A stretch of DNA of 64,000 nt from Planctomycetota bacterium (GTDB lineage: Bacteria > Planctomycetota > UBA1135 > GCA-002748355): the NCBI GenBank assembly GCA_026984035.1, contig JALSSW010000071.1, forward strand, positions 230 through 64,229, written 5' to 3'. This document shows, in pieces, positions 53,431 to 63,361 of this stretch. Position 1 is the stretch's first letter. Each line of letters begins with the position of its first letter. The notes beneath the pieces were generated by a model that was given only the letters and a program-made list of their open reading frames with translations, made no database searches and was not told the DNA's origin. Made by a program: the position numbers and the translations under genes.

Positions 53431-56016
53431 CTAAAGAGAAAAATTACAACGGGATTGCCTCCACGCGGGAGGAATCGCACAAAGCAGAGACACGGTAAAC
53501 GCAAGTCCAGCAACCAACAAACAAGCCTTCCATGGGAGAGCGAAGGGGATATCCAGGCCGCTGACCCCGCGCAATCCCCGGACCAAAATCCAGGAAAGAG
53601 GTAAGCCCGCAAGGATCGTCAGGAGACCGGTCAAAAAACCGACCACAACGGATTCCACAGCAAGGATGGCGAAAAAACCCATTCGGGTCACGCCCAAGGC
53701 CCCAAGAACCCAATTCTCGCGTGCTCGGGAAATCGCAGAAAGAGTCATCAGGTTGATTTGCCCCGTCCCGGCAAGAACCAGGAGGAGAAGGAGAAGAATG
53801 TCGAAAAAGATAAAGTCCCTGTCTACATCGCGGAGATGGAAAAGCTCGACTTCTGTCCCGCTGCGGATCCAAGCAATCTTGGCTTTTCCTTTAAGGAAAT
53901 CCTCTAGCTTGGGTCGGATTTGATCCGGAGAACTGCCGGAATCGAGAACGATCTGGAAATCACCTGAGCGGGATAGATCCAAACAGAAATCTTTTTTGAA
54001 CCAGCGGGAATCAACGAGGGCGAAAGCGCGTTCGTCCGGGAAAAAGCCGGCCCTGTCACAGAGAGCAAGAACCCGGTAAGGGACAATCTTTCCACCCCCC
54101 ACGGAAACGGGGACTTCGCTCCCTTTAGAGAGACCACGCAGTCTTGCAAGGCGGGTGCTCAGGATCATGCCTCTTTCGTTTTGCATCCGCTCGATCAGGC
54201 TGGCATCAAAGGGGGCTCCCAGTTTCGCCAACTCACGGGTCTCCGTTCCCCGTGTCAAAAAGGGCAGCTCCGCCCTTGCGCTCAAGGGTAAAACAGCCCG
54301 CACTCCAGGAATCTTCCGCATTTCCGCCCAACGTTCTTTTGGCAAAGATTCAGTCCGAAGGAATAGGTTTCCCCGCATTCCCATCCGCGAAAAGGCTCGA
54401 ACCTCCTCCTTCAGAGATCCCGTTAAACCCTTCAGCCCAACCATAGCCAAGGCTACCAGAGTCAATCCAGCCACAGCCGAGGCAACCCGGGCCGGCGCCC
54501 GCAATAGGTTTTTGCGCACCAAAAAAGTCGCCAACGGGAATCTCCTCTTCAACAAGCGCAGAGGTACACTCCCCACCCTTCGCACCAATCCGGGAGCAAG
54601 CAACAGGACCCCGAAAAAGACTCCCACCACCAGTCCAAGCTCTAGCAGAACCAACCCTGCCCCATTTCCCTCTTCCCGCAAAAGGGGGGTCATTGCGAGG
54701 TAAGCCATCGGCAAAGCTAGGACCAAAGTGGCAAACAGAAAAAGGTTGACCCCCCGAAGCAAATCGGCCGGAGGGGCTAGGTCCCGCGCAAAAAGAATGC
54801 GCATCGGTGAGAGCTTCCTCACCTTGAGCAAGGGAAAAGACGCTCCCACCAAGGTAAAGAAACACCCAAGGCCCATAATCCAAAGTAAAGGTTCCCATGG
54901 GATCTCGAAGGTCACAATTGTTTTCCCAAGGCCAAGGGTCGTGATCCCAGCACTGGCAAAGGTCTTCGCAAGCAGTAAGCCCAGGCCCAAGCCCAAAACA
55001 GACCCAAGAAAAGCGAGCAAACAAGCCTCTATAAAAAAGGCCATGGCCACCTGCCCTTTTGTCGCCCCCAAGCAGCGAAGAATCCCCACTCGTTGCATCC
55101 GCTCAGCCAGCGCATGGGACAATGTGTGGAAGATCACAAACATCCCCAAAGCCAGAGCCAAGCTTCCCAGCACCTTAACCCCATTGCGAAAAGCCCGCTC
55201 ATCCGCGTCCTCTCCGATCATCGCGCTCCGCCGGTCGTCAATTAAAAACCGTCCCTCCAAGCTCTTCTTCAAGCCATCTACGGGAAAGCCCTTAGCTCGA
55301 CTGACCTGAAAGACCGGATTCAAGGTCGGCGAAACCTTCCGCGCCAATCCAAAAGCCCCCAGAATGACGAGACCGCCTTGACGCCTCGCCAAACGGAAAG
55401 GTTGGAGGATCCCTTTCACCACCAAAGTCTCCTCCTTTCCCTTCAGATCCGGTCTCTGTTTAGGGGCCAACCACTTCCCATTTTTACAATCCACAGGAGA
55501 AACCGTTGGCAAAGAGCGAACCCGAAACCTGGAGCCTGGAACCAAGCTAAAATGTTCTGCAAGAGTTGGCCCAACGAGAACCATATTGGGAGGATCCAAC
55601 TCATTCAGATCCTTACCCTGGTCCACCATGTAATGCCCAAAGGGATTCCGTCCTTCTGGCATGAGTCCAAAGAGAATGCAGACCTCTTTCTCTGGATTCG
55701 TGTTTTCCGCATCTTTGCCCTTCTCGGCAATCACGGTGACCTGTCCAATAAGGCCCAGCTTTCCCACACCATCCTGCCGAGCCAAATACTCCTGATGCTC
55801 AGAAAGACGTTTCAATCCATCCTTTGGACGAAGTTCGAGATCGACTCTGCCGAAATCCCCCCGTTTCAAAACCAACTGACTCAAAATGGTGTTGTGGTCC
55901 AACACATGGATGGAGGTCACGACCGCAACCCCGAGGAGGACCCCAAGGACGGTCAGGACCTGCCGCAAAGGCTCAGATCGAAAGCTCTTCCAAACGAGAA
56001 AAAACAGCAGCCGCAT
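53431..56016 (-). CDS. ABC transporter permease with two FtsX-like domains (MacB/YbbP type)
   Basis: 861 aa. The pattern of N-terminal TM, periplasmic domain and 3-TM FtsX module occurs twice. It lies immediately downstream of the cognate ATPase. Confidence 0.8.
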   Translation of the reverse strand: MRLLFFLVWKSFRSEPLRQVLTVLGVLLGVAVVTSIHVLDHNTILSQLVLKRGDFGRVDLELRPKDGLKRLSEHQEYLARQDGVGKLGLIGQVTVIAEKGKDAENTNPEKEVCILFGLMPEGRNPFGHYMVDQGKDLNELDPPNMVLVGPTLAEHFSLVPGSRFRVRSLPTVSPVDCKNGKWLAPKQRPDLKGKEETLVVKGILQPFRLARRQGGLVILGAFGLARKVSPTLNPVFQVSRAKGFPVDGLKKSLEGRFLIDDRRSAMIGEDADERAFRNGVKVLGSLALALGMFVIFHTLSHALAERMQRVGILRCLGATKGQVAMAFFIEACLLAFLGSVLGLGLGLLLAKTFASAGITTLGLGKTIVTFEIPWEPLLWIMGLGCFFTLVGASFPLLKVRKLSPMRILFARDLAPPADLLRGVNLFLFATLVLALPMAYLAMTPLLREEGNGAGLVLLELGLVVGVFFGVLLLAPGLVRRVGSVPLRLLKRRFPLATFLVRKNLLRAPARVASAVAGLTLVALAMVGLKGLTGSLKEEVRAFSRMGMRGNLFLRTESLPKERWAEMRKIPGVRAVLPLSARAELPFLTRGTETRELAKLGAPFDASLIERMQNERGMILSTRLARLRGLSKGSEVPVSVGGGKIVPYRVLALCDRAGFFPDERAFALVDSRWFKKDFCLDLSRSGDFQIVLDSGSSPDQIRPKLEDFLKGKAKIAWIRSGTEVELFHLRDVDRDFIFFDILLLLLLVLAGTGQINLMTLSAISRARENWVLGALGVTRMGFFAILAVESVVVGFLTGLLTILAGLPLSWILVRGLRGVSGLDIPFALPWKACLLVAGLAFTVSLLCAIPPAWRQSRCNFSL

Positions 56017-56716
56017 TGAGTCCTGGCCCGGTCAAAGAATGAGAAGGGTCAAGCCGACCATCTCTCAGGAAGAGAACGCGATCCCCAAAGGCAGCGTCCC
56101 GTGGGTTATGAGTCACAAGAAGGATGGAGAGCCCATAGCGGTCCCGCACCCGCGAAAAGAACTGCATGGTTTCCTCCCCAGCCTTGGTAGAGAGGTTTCC
56201 GGTCGGCTCATCGCAGAGTAGGACAGGAGGCCTTTGGGCGAGGGCCCGTGCAATCCCCACCCGCTGCATCTCTCCCCCCGAAAGACCATGGGGCTGGCGA
56301 TCCAGGAGATGCGCCAGATCAAGGACATCCACCACCTCTTTGATTTCCTGAAGGTATAGACCAGGATCCTTCCCAGCAATGAGGAGGGGTAGAACAATGT
56401 TCTCTCGAACGGTCAGATCGGGAAGGAGCTGGAAGAATTGGAAGACATATCCCAAAAACCGCCTTCGAAGCAAAGTCCTCCTCCGAGTTCCTTTGGCAAA
56501 AAGGTCCTCCCCTCCGAGAAGGACAGTCCCCTGAGTAGGCTCTTCCAATCCACCCAGCAAATGGAGCAGTGTCGTCTTTCCGGATCCTGAGGGACCCATT
56601 ACAGTCACAAATTCCCCTGGCTCCAAGGAGAGGGAGACCTCCGCGAGAACGAGACGCTCAGGAGAGTCCTGCGGAGCCCAAGAGAGGGAGGTCGCAGTAA
56701 GAATGGGCGCATCCAT
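55973..56716 (-). CDS. ABC transporter ATP-binding protein (MacB/LolD type)
   Basis: Walker A GPSGSGKTT, Q-loop, signature LSGGEMQRV, Walker B VLLCDEPTGNL. Confidence 0.9.
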   Translation of the reverse strand: MDAPILTATSLSWAPQDSPERLVLAEVSLSLEPGEFVTVMGPSGSGKTTLLHLLGGLEEPTQGTVLLGGEDLFAKGTRRRTLLRRRFLGYVFQFFQLLPDLTVRENIVLPLLIAGKDPGLYLQEIKEVVDVLDLAHLLDRQPHGLSGGEMQRVGIARALAQRPPVLLCDEPTGNLSTKAGEETMQFFSRVRDRYGLSILLVTHNPRDAAFGDRVLFLRDGRLDPSHSLTGPGLNAAAVFSRLEELSI

Positions 56717-56984
56717 AGAAAGGAATCATGCGAGAGCCCATCCCAAGGTCAAGGATCCAGAAGGGGGAAGGACCGTTTCTTTTTTTTGAATCAATCATGC
56801 ATCCCAATGAGGAGACAATCTCGACTAAGACAAGGGGGTTTTCTCATTTTTGGGACAACCCCACACATTTCCTCGGAGAAAGGATTGTATTCCATCAACC
56901 TTTCCATGCAAAAACATTCCCCTTTTTCCCAACATTCATGAATATTAACCAAAAGATGGATTCATTTCTTCTCCATTACAAAGT

Positions 56985-57000
56985 TGGCATAAAGTTTGCT
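56985..57000 (+). promoter_or_regulatory. Sigma-54-like promoter motif (-24 TGGCAT / -12 TTGCT)
   Basis: TGGCATAAAGTTTGCT matches TGGCAC-N5-TTGCW with one mismatch and correct GG-N10-GC spacing. It lies in the AT-rich 300-nt divergent region, 20 nt before the ATG at 57020. The very short implied leader and the absence of an enhancer-binding protein in the window lower confidence. Confidence 0.25.
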
Positions 57001-57019
57001 CAAATCCTCCATTCTCAAA

Positions 57020-58570
57020 ATGAACCGAACTGACCCACAGCCCCCGCCGACCCAAGAAGCAAGCGTCCTGATTATTGACGACGATCATGAAATCCGGGGG
57101 ATTCTTCAAGAGCGGCTCCGCATCGAAGGATTGGATTCGATGGCAGCCCCCTCGGGAGAACTTGGTCTCGCCAGCTTTATCGATCGCATCGCAAGGGGAA
57201 CACCCTTCCAAACTCTCATTTTGGATATTCGAATGAAGGGGATCTCCGGGATCGAATTGCTCAAACTGATCCGGCTGATCGACCAACAATCTACCATCTT
57301 GATGATCTCAGGCCTTGGCGACTTGAACAAAGCGGTTCTCTGCCTTCGTCACGGAGCAGACGATTATCTCAGCAAACCCATCAAAATCTGGGATCTCAAA
57401 GCAAGACTTGCCACTGCTCAAGGGCGGAGAAAGGCCATAACCGGAAGGGAAGATGGCCAAAAGAACAAGGGACTCAAATGGGGGACGGCATTCGTCCCCC
57501 AAGTCCCAGAAGAGTTTTCCTCTGCATGGAATCAGGCTACCTCGATACCGGGAGACAAAAAACCGGTTGACTCTCTCTCTCATGGGTCTGGAGAAGGGAC
57601 CCATGAGAATCCCGAGCCGAAACCCAGCCTTCAAAATGAAGAGGAAATCGTGAAAAGTCCGGATTCTCCACTGGATCCCGGGGTTCTCAAGACCGGAAAT
57701 GAACGAGAAGGGCAGAAGGGAAGAAAGGGAGGATCCTTGGATGATTCTCCCGAGCACGGAATGGGCGAAAACCGTGCAATGACCGCAAGGGAGAGCGGTT
57801 CCCTCCAATCCGGTCCTGAGAAAAAGGCACCCCGGGAACCATCGAACCCGGCACCTCATCCGGGGGATGAGGCCGACCTGCGTGCGGTCTCTCCCCTGGA
57901 TGTTTTTTTCTTCTTGGTGGACCAACTCGAACGCCAAGAAGTGGGGTGGGCGGGACATTCTCAGGCACTCTCCAATTTCCTGAGTAAGGCGGCTGCCCTT
58001 CTGATGCGGGATCTGGACTTGGAACCGGTTGATCTCGACGCACTCCGCCTTGCAGGACTCATTCACAATCTAGGTCTCATTCGCGCTCATGGGACCTTGG
58101 GACGGGGTTTCGCATCCCCTCCTCCCCCGGCCTCTTCTGAAGCGTCCTCCCCCCCTATTGCACCCCGATCCTTGATCGAAGACCTGACTCTCCCCGCCCG
58201 CGTCCTCGAAGGGATCATCCCTTTGATCCAATCCTCCCAGAAGCCCGCGGCCGAAAGAGCCCAAGCCACATTGGAACAAGCGGGGCGTTTTCGTCGTCAA
58301 CTCCAGGAATTCGGGTCCATCCTGGATCAGACCTCATCTACCAACAACCAAGCTGGGCAGGGAGAGCACCAAAGGAAGACCGAAACCATGGGCCTTTTCT
58401 TCGAACTCGCAGATCTTTCCTTCCACAAAGCTCAAGGTCCCTTCTCCGAGGAGGAGTCGACCCCCCTGCCTTCGGACCCCATCTTTTCCGGACTCGAAGC
58501 TTACGCCTCCAAGCTTGGATTCCCCTTTCAAAAAGTGCAGGAAGGACTCTCTCGCTTGCTCAAATCCTGA
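57020..58570 (+). CDS. Response regulator: REC domain, long low-complexity linker, degenerate HD-GYP-like C-terminal domain
   Basis: ORF 56996..58570 (TTG). The ATG at 57020 is preferred. REC: VLIIDDDHEIR, TLILDIRMKGISG, ILMISG, DYLSKP. C-terminal: GWAGHSQALSNFLSKAA...LRLAGLIHNLGLI, with HN where HD-GYP proteins have LHDIGK. Confidence 0.7.
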   Translation: MNRTDPQPPPTQEASVLIIDDDHEIRGILQERLRIEGLDSMAAPSGELGLASFIDRIARGTPFQTLILDIRMKGISGIELLKLIRLIDQQSTILMISGLGDLNKAVLCLRHGADDYLSKPIKIWDLKARLATAQGRRKAITGREDGQKNKGLKWGTAFVPQVPEEFSSAWNQATSIPGDKKPVDSLSHGSGEGTHENPEPKPSLQNEEEIVKSPDSPLDPGVLKTGNEREGQKGRKGGSLDDSPEHGMGENRAMTARESGSLQSGPEKKAPREPSNPAPHPGDEADLRAVSPLDVFFFLVDQLERQEVGWAGHSQALSNFLSKAAALLMRDLDLEPVDLDALRLAGLIHNLGLIRAHGTLGRGFASPPPPASSEASSPPIAPRSLIEDLTLPARVLEGIIPLIQSSQKPAAERAQATLEQAGRFRRQLQEFGSILDQTSSTNNQAGQGEHQRKTETMGLFFELADLSFHKAQGPFSEEESTPLPSDPIFSGLEAYASKLGFPFQKVQEGLSRLLKS

Positions 58571-59124
58571 AACTCAACACTGCAAGGGTCTGGGGAGACA
58601 CCTTCACGGCCTTCGCGGCGCAACAATTCCAGTTTTAAGCCAACACCAGCCCTTCCAAAACGCCCCGGCCCGTTTGCAGCGACAACCCGATGGCAGGGAA
58701 CAAAAAGGGGGATGGGGTTGTTTCGCATCGCAGTCCCCACCGCCCGCGCAGCCCTTGGCGCTCCCGCTCGTTTGGCAAGCTCCCCATAGGTCACAACCTG
58801 CCCAGGAAGGACTGCCTGGAGGGCCTTCCAAACTCGAAGACGAAAGGCTGTCCCGCGTAAATCCAAGGGAAGGGGAAGTGAAAAAACGTGGGAAGCGACC
58901 TCAAGGTCCCAATCCTCCACAAAAGAGACGGCCTGCTCCAAAAGGCGGGAGGGACCCTCGGCGAGCCTGGGATCCGGATCCTTGCTGGCGGGAGGGAGTT
59001 GAAGGAGTTTGTCCACCACCCCCTCGAAGATCTTCTTACTTGTCCCCGGCAGCCCCAGGGCGAGAATCCCCAGAGGGCCGACTGCCAGGTGGTATTTGCC
59101 CCCACCCGGCCCTTGAAAGTCCAT
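58528..59124 (-). CDS. ogt: Methylated-DNA--protein-cysteine methyltransferase
   Basis: VVTYGELAKRAGAPRAARAVGTAMRNNPIPLFVPCHRVV contains the PCHRV active site. Start is at 59124 (MDFQG) or 59154. The 3-prime end overlaps the convergent response-regulator gene by 43 nt. Confidence 0.85.
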   Translation of the reverse strand: MDFQGPGGGKYHLAVGPLGILALGLPGTSKKIFEGVVDKLLQLPPASKDPDPRLAEGPSRLLEQAVSFVEDWDLEVASHVFSLPLPLDLRGTAFRLRVWKALQAVLPGQVVTYGELAKRAGAPRAARAVGTAMRNNPIPLFVPCHRVVAANGPGRFGRAGVGLKLELLRREGREGVSPDPCSVEFQDLSKRESPSCTF

Positions 59125-59159
59125 GCAAAGCAATCCTCTTTGCCCAGGAATCAAGATCC

Positions 59160-60608
59160 ATGCCTCCTTGGCCCGATAAACCTATTCATATGGGAACTTT
59201 GCGTCCAGAAAGCCCCCTCCCCCATCTCACGGTCATCATCCCCTCTTGGAATGGCCGGAAGCTCCTCGAAACATGTTTGGACGCCCTGGAGAAAGCCTAC
59301 CAGAAAACCGGCCTGCCCGACGCCATCATCATCGTAGACAATGGAAGTGAGGATGGAACCGTCGAATGGATCCAAGCGAAAAACAACCCTCGCCTCTCCT
59401 GCGTCCCTCTCGAGAAAAACCACGGATTTGCCTTCGCCTGTAACAGGGGAGTCGAACAAGCTACGAGTGAATGGGTCCTCATTCTCAACAATGACACCAT
59501 CCCGGCCCCCCATTTCGCAGAGAAGCTCCTTCGCGCGGCAACAAAGGAAAATGCCTCAGGGAATCACATAATTTGCGCTCCTGTTTCCAACTATGTCAAA
59601 GGTCAGCAACTCATCCCTCTCCTCGAAGGCGAAGACGAACAGAGCGTGGAGCTCATCGAAAAACGCCTGACAGAAGCCGCAGAAGGAATCATCGAAGATG
59701 TCCTCGAGTTGTCGGGTCTTTGTTTAGTTCTTCGCAGGCAGAGCTATCTCACTTTGGGAGGTTTTGACGAACGGTATGGATTGGGGAATTACGAAGATGA
59801 TGACCTCTGCTTCAAGGCAAGACGCCAGGGCGGACGCCTCCTGATTGCTCGGGATGCCTATGTCCATCATCTCGGCAACCGAACCTTTATGGCTCTGGGG
59901 ATGGACTACGAAAAAAATCTGAAGGAAAAACAAAACCTTTTCTTCGACAAGTGGAACGGAGATGAACTCTTCATTCTGGAAGGCCAATCTCTTAACCTTT
60001 CCCCTCAAGAGTTTCTTCCGATTGTGGAAGAAGCCAGGCTCCCTTCGACCTGCACTCCTTGGCTCCGTCGCCTCCAGGCCAAGGCCTATGAAGGGGTGGG
60101 ATTGCCTGCAAAGGCCCTATGGGCATGGCGGGAATTCCTCGCCCTCTGTTCCAAAAATACCGAAGCCCGCTCCAAAGAAGCCCTGCTCCTGTTTCAACTG
60201 GGAAGGACCCAAGAAGCTCGCCTGACTCTGAGCCATGCTCTCGAGGAATGCTGGTTTGGGCCTATTTTCGCGGCCAGTGTCCTGACTCAAGTTGCAAACC
60301 TCCTTCGTAAGGAAGCGGGGGACGAAGCGGCGGATTATCTGGGTTTCGCGCTCGAGATCTGCCCTGACTTTATCCCCGCCCTGAACCTGAGAGCGGTTTG
60401 GGCCATTGAAGAAGGACGGTTTCGCGAAGCGGAGAACATCCTCTTGCCCTTTCAACAGAGGGAAGATGCCGATCTTTGGAACAATCTGGGGATCGCCATG
60501 TACCAACAGGGAAAAGGGCAAGAAGCCAGGGAAGCCTTTGCCCGTGCAGCGCAAAAGGCGGGACCAGGTTCGCCTGGCGCCCGGAACTTGGCCGCCTTGG
60601 GCGGGTGA
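59160..60608 (+). CDS. Family 2 glycosyltransferase with C-terminal TPR domain
   Basis: ORF 58515..60608. The real start is taken as ATG 59160 (MPPWPDKP) or 59190, because the upstream part is antisense to ogt. GT2 strings: LTVIIPSWNG, IIVDNGSEDGT, FAFACNRG, LILNNDT, NYEDDDLC. TPR-like helices run from about aa 300. Confidence 0.8.
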   Translation: MPPWPDKPIHMGTLRPESPLPHLTVIIPSWNGRKLLETCLDALEKAYQKTGLPDAIIIVDNGSEDGTVEWIQAKNNPRLSCVPLEKNHGFAFACNRGVEQATSEWVLILNNDTIPAPHFAEKLLRAATKENASGNHIICAPVSNYVKGQQLIPLLEGEDEQSVELIEKRLTEAAEGIIEDVLELSGLCLVLRRQSYLTLGGFDERYGLGNYEDDDLCFKARRQGGRLLIARDAYVHHLGNRTFMALGMDYEKNLKEKQNLFFDKWNGDELFILEGQSLNLSPQEFLPIVEEARLPSTCTPWLRRLQAKAYEGVGLPAKALWAWREFLALCSKNTEARSKEALLLFQLGRTQEARLTLSHALEECWFGPIFAASVLTQVANLLRKEAGDEAADYLGFALEICPDFIPALNLRAVWAIEEGRFREAENILLPFQQREDADLWNNLGIAMYQQGKGQEAREAFARAAQKAGPGSPGARNLAALGG

Positions 60609-60636
60609 AAGAGTGGCTCACCCACCCCAGCGGCCT

Positions 60637-61944
60637 TTAAAGACCTTCTTGGAGGATGGCGGAACGAAAAGCTTGGATACCCCGCTCGAATTTTTTTTGG
60701 CGACGGACTCTTTTGGGACCTCGGATGCGCACATCGGGGAGTAAGCCCCAATTTGCATTCATCGGTTGAAAGTTCTCGGGATTGGCACTCGCCAGGTAAC
60801 GGGCCAATCCCCCCAACATGCTCTCCTTCGGGGGGAGAAATGAATCCAAGCCAAAAACCCTCCGTGCGGCATTGGTCCCCGCCAACCAGCCCGTGGCTGC
60901 CGATTCCAGATAGCCTTCCACTCCACAAAGGACTCCCGCCACGAACAAACCCGCCCTCTTTCGGGCCTCCAGGTTTGGGGCAAGAAGAGCCGGAGCATTC
61001 AAAAAGGTATTTCTGTGCATCACCCCATAGCGGACGATCTCAGCCTTCTCCAAGCCAGGGATCAAAGCAATGATCTCTTTCTGATCCGGCCACTTCAACC
61101 CTGTCTGAAAGCCTACGAGGCTCCACATCCGACCTTCTCGGTCCTCCCTGCGTAGCTGCACCACTGCAAAGGGGCTCTCCCCGGTTCGAGGATTCACAAG
61201 GCCCTTCGGCTTCATCGGCCCATGTGCCGGAGTGAGGTAGCCTCGCCTTGCGATCTCCTCAATGGGCATGCAACCTTCAAAAAATTCCAGCTTCTCCCAA
61301 TCATGAGGAACATGCTTTCGAGCCAGAGCCATGGCCTCGATGAGCCGCCGATACTCCGATTCATTCAAGGGACAGTTGAGATAGTCCGGATCCTGATCGT
61401 AACGGCCCTGCGCAAAGACCAGATCATGATTCAAACTCTCCCCCAGAACCACCGGAGCGGCAGCGTCATAAAAAGCCAAAAAAGCTTCCCCCAAGTGGTC
61501 CTGGATCTGTTCCGCCAAGGCCTCAGATGTCAAAGGACCGGTAGCCAATACAAGCGGACCCTCTTCGGGAAGCTCCTCGCACTCCTGTATCCGGCGTTCG
61601 ATCATGGGTTCGGCGTCCAAGGCCTCCTCCACCAACTCGGAAAAAAGCTCCCGATCCACTGCCAAGGCTCCCCCTGCAGCCACGGCTGCCTTGTCCGCAG
61701 CCCTAAGGATCAAGGACGAAACCTCGCGCATTTCGGCCTGGAGCAAAGCCTTTGCATTCGTTTCGGCAGTGCCCCCCAAAGAGTTAGAGCAGACCAACTC
61801 GGCGGCCTTCCCGCTCCGGTGGGCAGGTGTCATCTTCTCCGGCCGCATCTCCAAGAGCAAAACCGGGACCCCCATGCGCGCAATCGCCATGGCAGCCTCC
61901 GTTCCGGCCAGACCCGCTCCTACAACCAAAACCCTTTCTTTCAT
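60637..61944 (-). CDS. trmFO: Methylenetetrahydrofolate--tRNA-(uracil-5-)-methyltransferase TrmFO
   Basis: ORF 60637..62130, with start MKERVLVVGAGLAGTEAAMAIA at 61944. ELVCSNSLG, FFAGQITGVEGY-like (LFVAGVLCGVEGYLES) and FQPMNANWGLLP are typical of TrmFO/Gid. Confidence 0.9.
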   Translation of the reverse strand: MKERVLVVGAGLAGTEAAMAIARMGVPVLLLEMRPEKMTPAHRSGKAAELVCSNSLGGTAETNAKALLQAEMREVSSLILRAADKAAVAAGGALAVDRELFSELVEEALDAEPMIERRIQECEELPEEGPLVLATGPLTSEALAEQIQDHLGEAFLAFYDAAAPVVLGESLNHDLVFAQGRYDQDPDYLNCPLNESEYRRLIEAMALARKHVPHDWEKLEFFEGCMPIEEIARRGYLTPAHGPMKPKGLVNPRTGESPFAVVQLRREDREGRMWSLVGFQTGLKWPDQKEIIALIPGLEKAEIVRYGVMHRNTFLNAPALLAPNLEARKRAGLFVAGVLCGVEGYLESAATGWLAGTNAARRVFGLDSFLPPKESMLGGLARYLASANPENFQPMNANWGLLPDVRIRGPKRVRRQKKFERGIQAFRSAILQEGL

Positions 61945-62105
61945 ACCAACGGCCCAACCCTTGACCTCTGTTTTTCCATGCCATCCTGCGGCAAAACAAG
62001 CAGGATCTTGACAGTTCCCCGCCAGGGATCTATCCCCTTCCTTCCTTTTCTTTTTCTCCCACCGGCTTCCGGTCGCATACAAGCTACAAAGCACAAGGAA
62101 CTCAG

Positions 62106-63248
62106 ATGTCCAGCTCCTCCTCCGTTTCAAAAGAATCTGTCCTAAAGGCCCTCAGCCAAATCCAGGATCCCGACCTGGGCAAAGACATCGTCAGCCTAGG
62201 CTTTGTAAAAAACCTGGTCCTTGATGGAGGTAAAGTCTCCTTCACAATAGAGCTGACAACACCCGCCTGCCCGGTGAAAGAAAGCTTTAAGGAACAGGCC
62301 AATTCTCTTGTCTCGACCATTGAAGGGGTGGAGAGTGTTTCGGTAGAAATGACCTCGAGCGTTGCTGCCGCCAACCCCTTCGACAATCAAAACGCGGTCC
62401 CAGGCGTAAAAAACATCATCGCGGTCTCCTCCGGCAAGGGGGGAGTGGGCAAGTCTACCGTCGCGGTCAATCTCGCTTGTGCCCTACACCAGCTCGGCGC
62501 CATGGTCGGCATCCTGGATGCCGATGTCTACGGCCCCAACGTCCCCCTGATGATGGGGCTCCAAGGAAACCCCAAGATGGTCGAAAAAAAGATCATCCCC
62601 CTGAGCGTCCGCGGCATTCAGGTCATGTCCATGGGTTTCCTCGTTGCTGAGGACCAGCCTGTCATCTGGCGGGGACCGATGCTCCACAGTGCCATGCGAC
62701 AGTTCCTCCATGACGTCCTCTGGGGTGACCTCGATTATCTGATTGTCGACCTCCCCCCGGGAACCGGAGACGCCCAACTGTCCCTGGCCCAGCAGACTCA
62801 CCTCATGGGGGCGGTCATTGTGACAACCCCGCAGGCCGTGAGCGTTTTGGATGTACGCAAAGCGATTGGAATGTTTCAGCAAGTCAGCGTCCCAGTCCTC
62901 GGGATTGTCGAAAATATGGCGGGCCTGATTGTTCGCGGAGAATACGAGGGGAATCTTTCCAAACTGGTTGCGGACGGACCTGAAGGTAAGGTTGAGGCCC
63001 AGTTGTCGGATGGAAAGTTTGAGCTGCACTTGGATCTGTTTGGGACCGGGGGCGGGGATCGCATCGCCAAGGCCTATGATCTCCCGATCTTGGGGAGGAT
63101 CCCTTTGGATCCGGCCCTCCGGGCAGGAGGGGACAAGGGCAGCCCGGTGACGCTCGATCATCCCGACAGCCCCGTTGCCAAGAGTTTCATTGAAGTGGCC
63201 CAGGCTTTGGCCGCCAAGGTCAGCACCGCAAACCTCAGCGCAACATAA
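62106..63248 (+). CDS. apbC: Fe-S cluster carrier ATPase Mrp/ApbC/NBP35 with N-terminal DUF59 (MIP18) domain
   Basis: DUF59: VLKALSQIQDPDLGKDIVSLGFV. Deviant Walker A: SGKGGVGKST. Also WGDLDYLIVDLPPGTGD and ENM. Confidence 0.9.
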   Translation: MSSSSSVSKESVLKALSQIQDPDLGKDIVSLGFVKNLVLDGGKVSFTIELTTPACPVKESFKEQANSLVSTIEGVESVSVEMTSSVAAANPFDNQNAVPGVKNIIAVSSGKGGVGKSTVAVNLACALHQLGAMVGILDADVYGPNVPLMMGLQGNPKMVEKKIIPLSVRGIQVMSMGFLVAEDQPVIWRGPMLHSAMRQFLHDVLWGDLDYLIVDLPPGTGDAQLSLAQQTHLMGAVIVTTPQAVSVLDVRKAIGMFQQVSVPVLGIVENMAGLIVRGEYEGNLSKLVADGPEGKVEAQLSDGKFELHLDLFGTGGGDRIAKAYDLPILGRIPLDPALRAGGDKGSPVTLDHPDSPVAKSFIEVAQALAAKVSTANLSAT

Positions 63249-63361
63249 AGGTTCGGTTCCTCCCGTTTTTGGGAGGATCGGTTCCCCCTGAATTTTCGTT
63301 TGAGCACCAAGCTGGGAACCGGCTTGGTGATTCCTTTGTTTTTTGGAGTTTGGGAGAAACG

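Noticed and set aside
58515-59159. 215-codon N-terminal extension that makes the GT2 gene a 697-aa protein.
   Set aside because: This part is exactly antisense to ogt, which has the PCHRV active site, and is Pro/Arg/Gly-rich. The GT2 domain begins right after ATG 59160.
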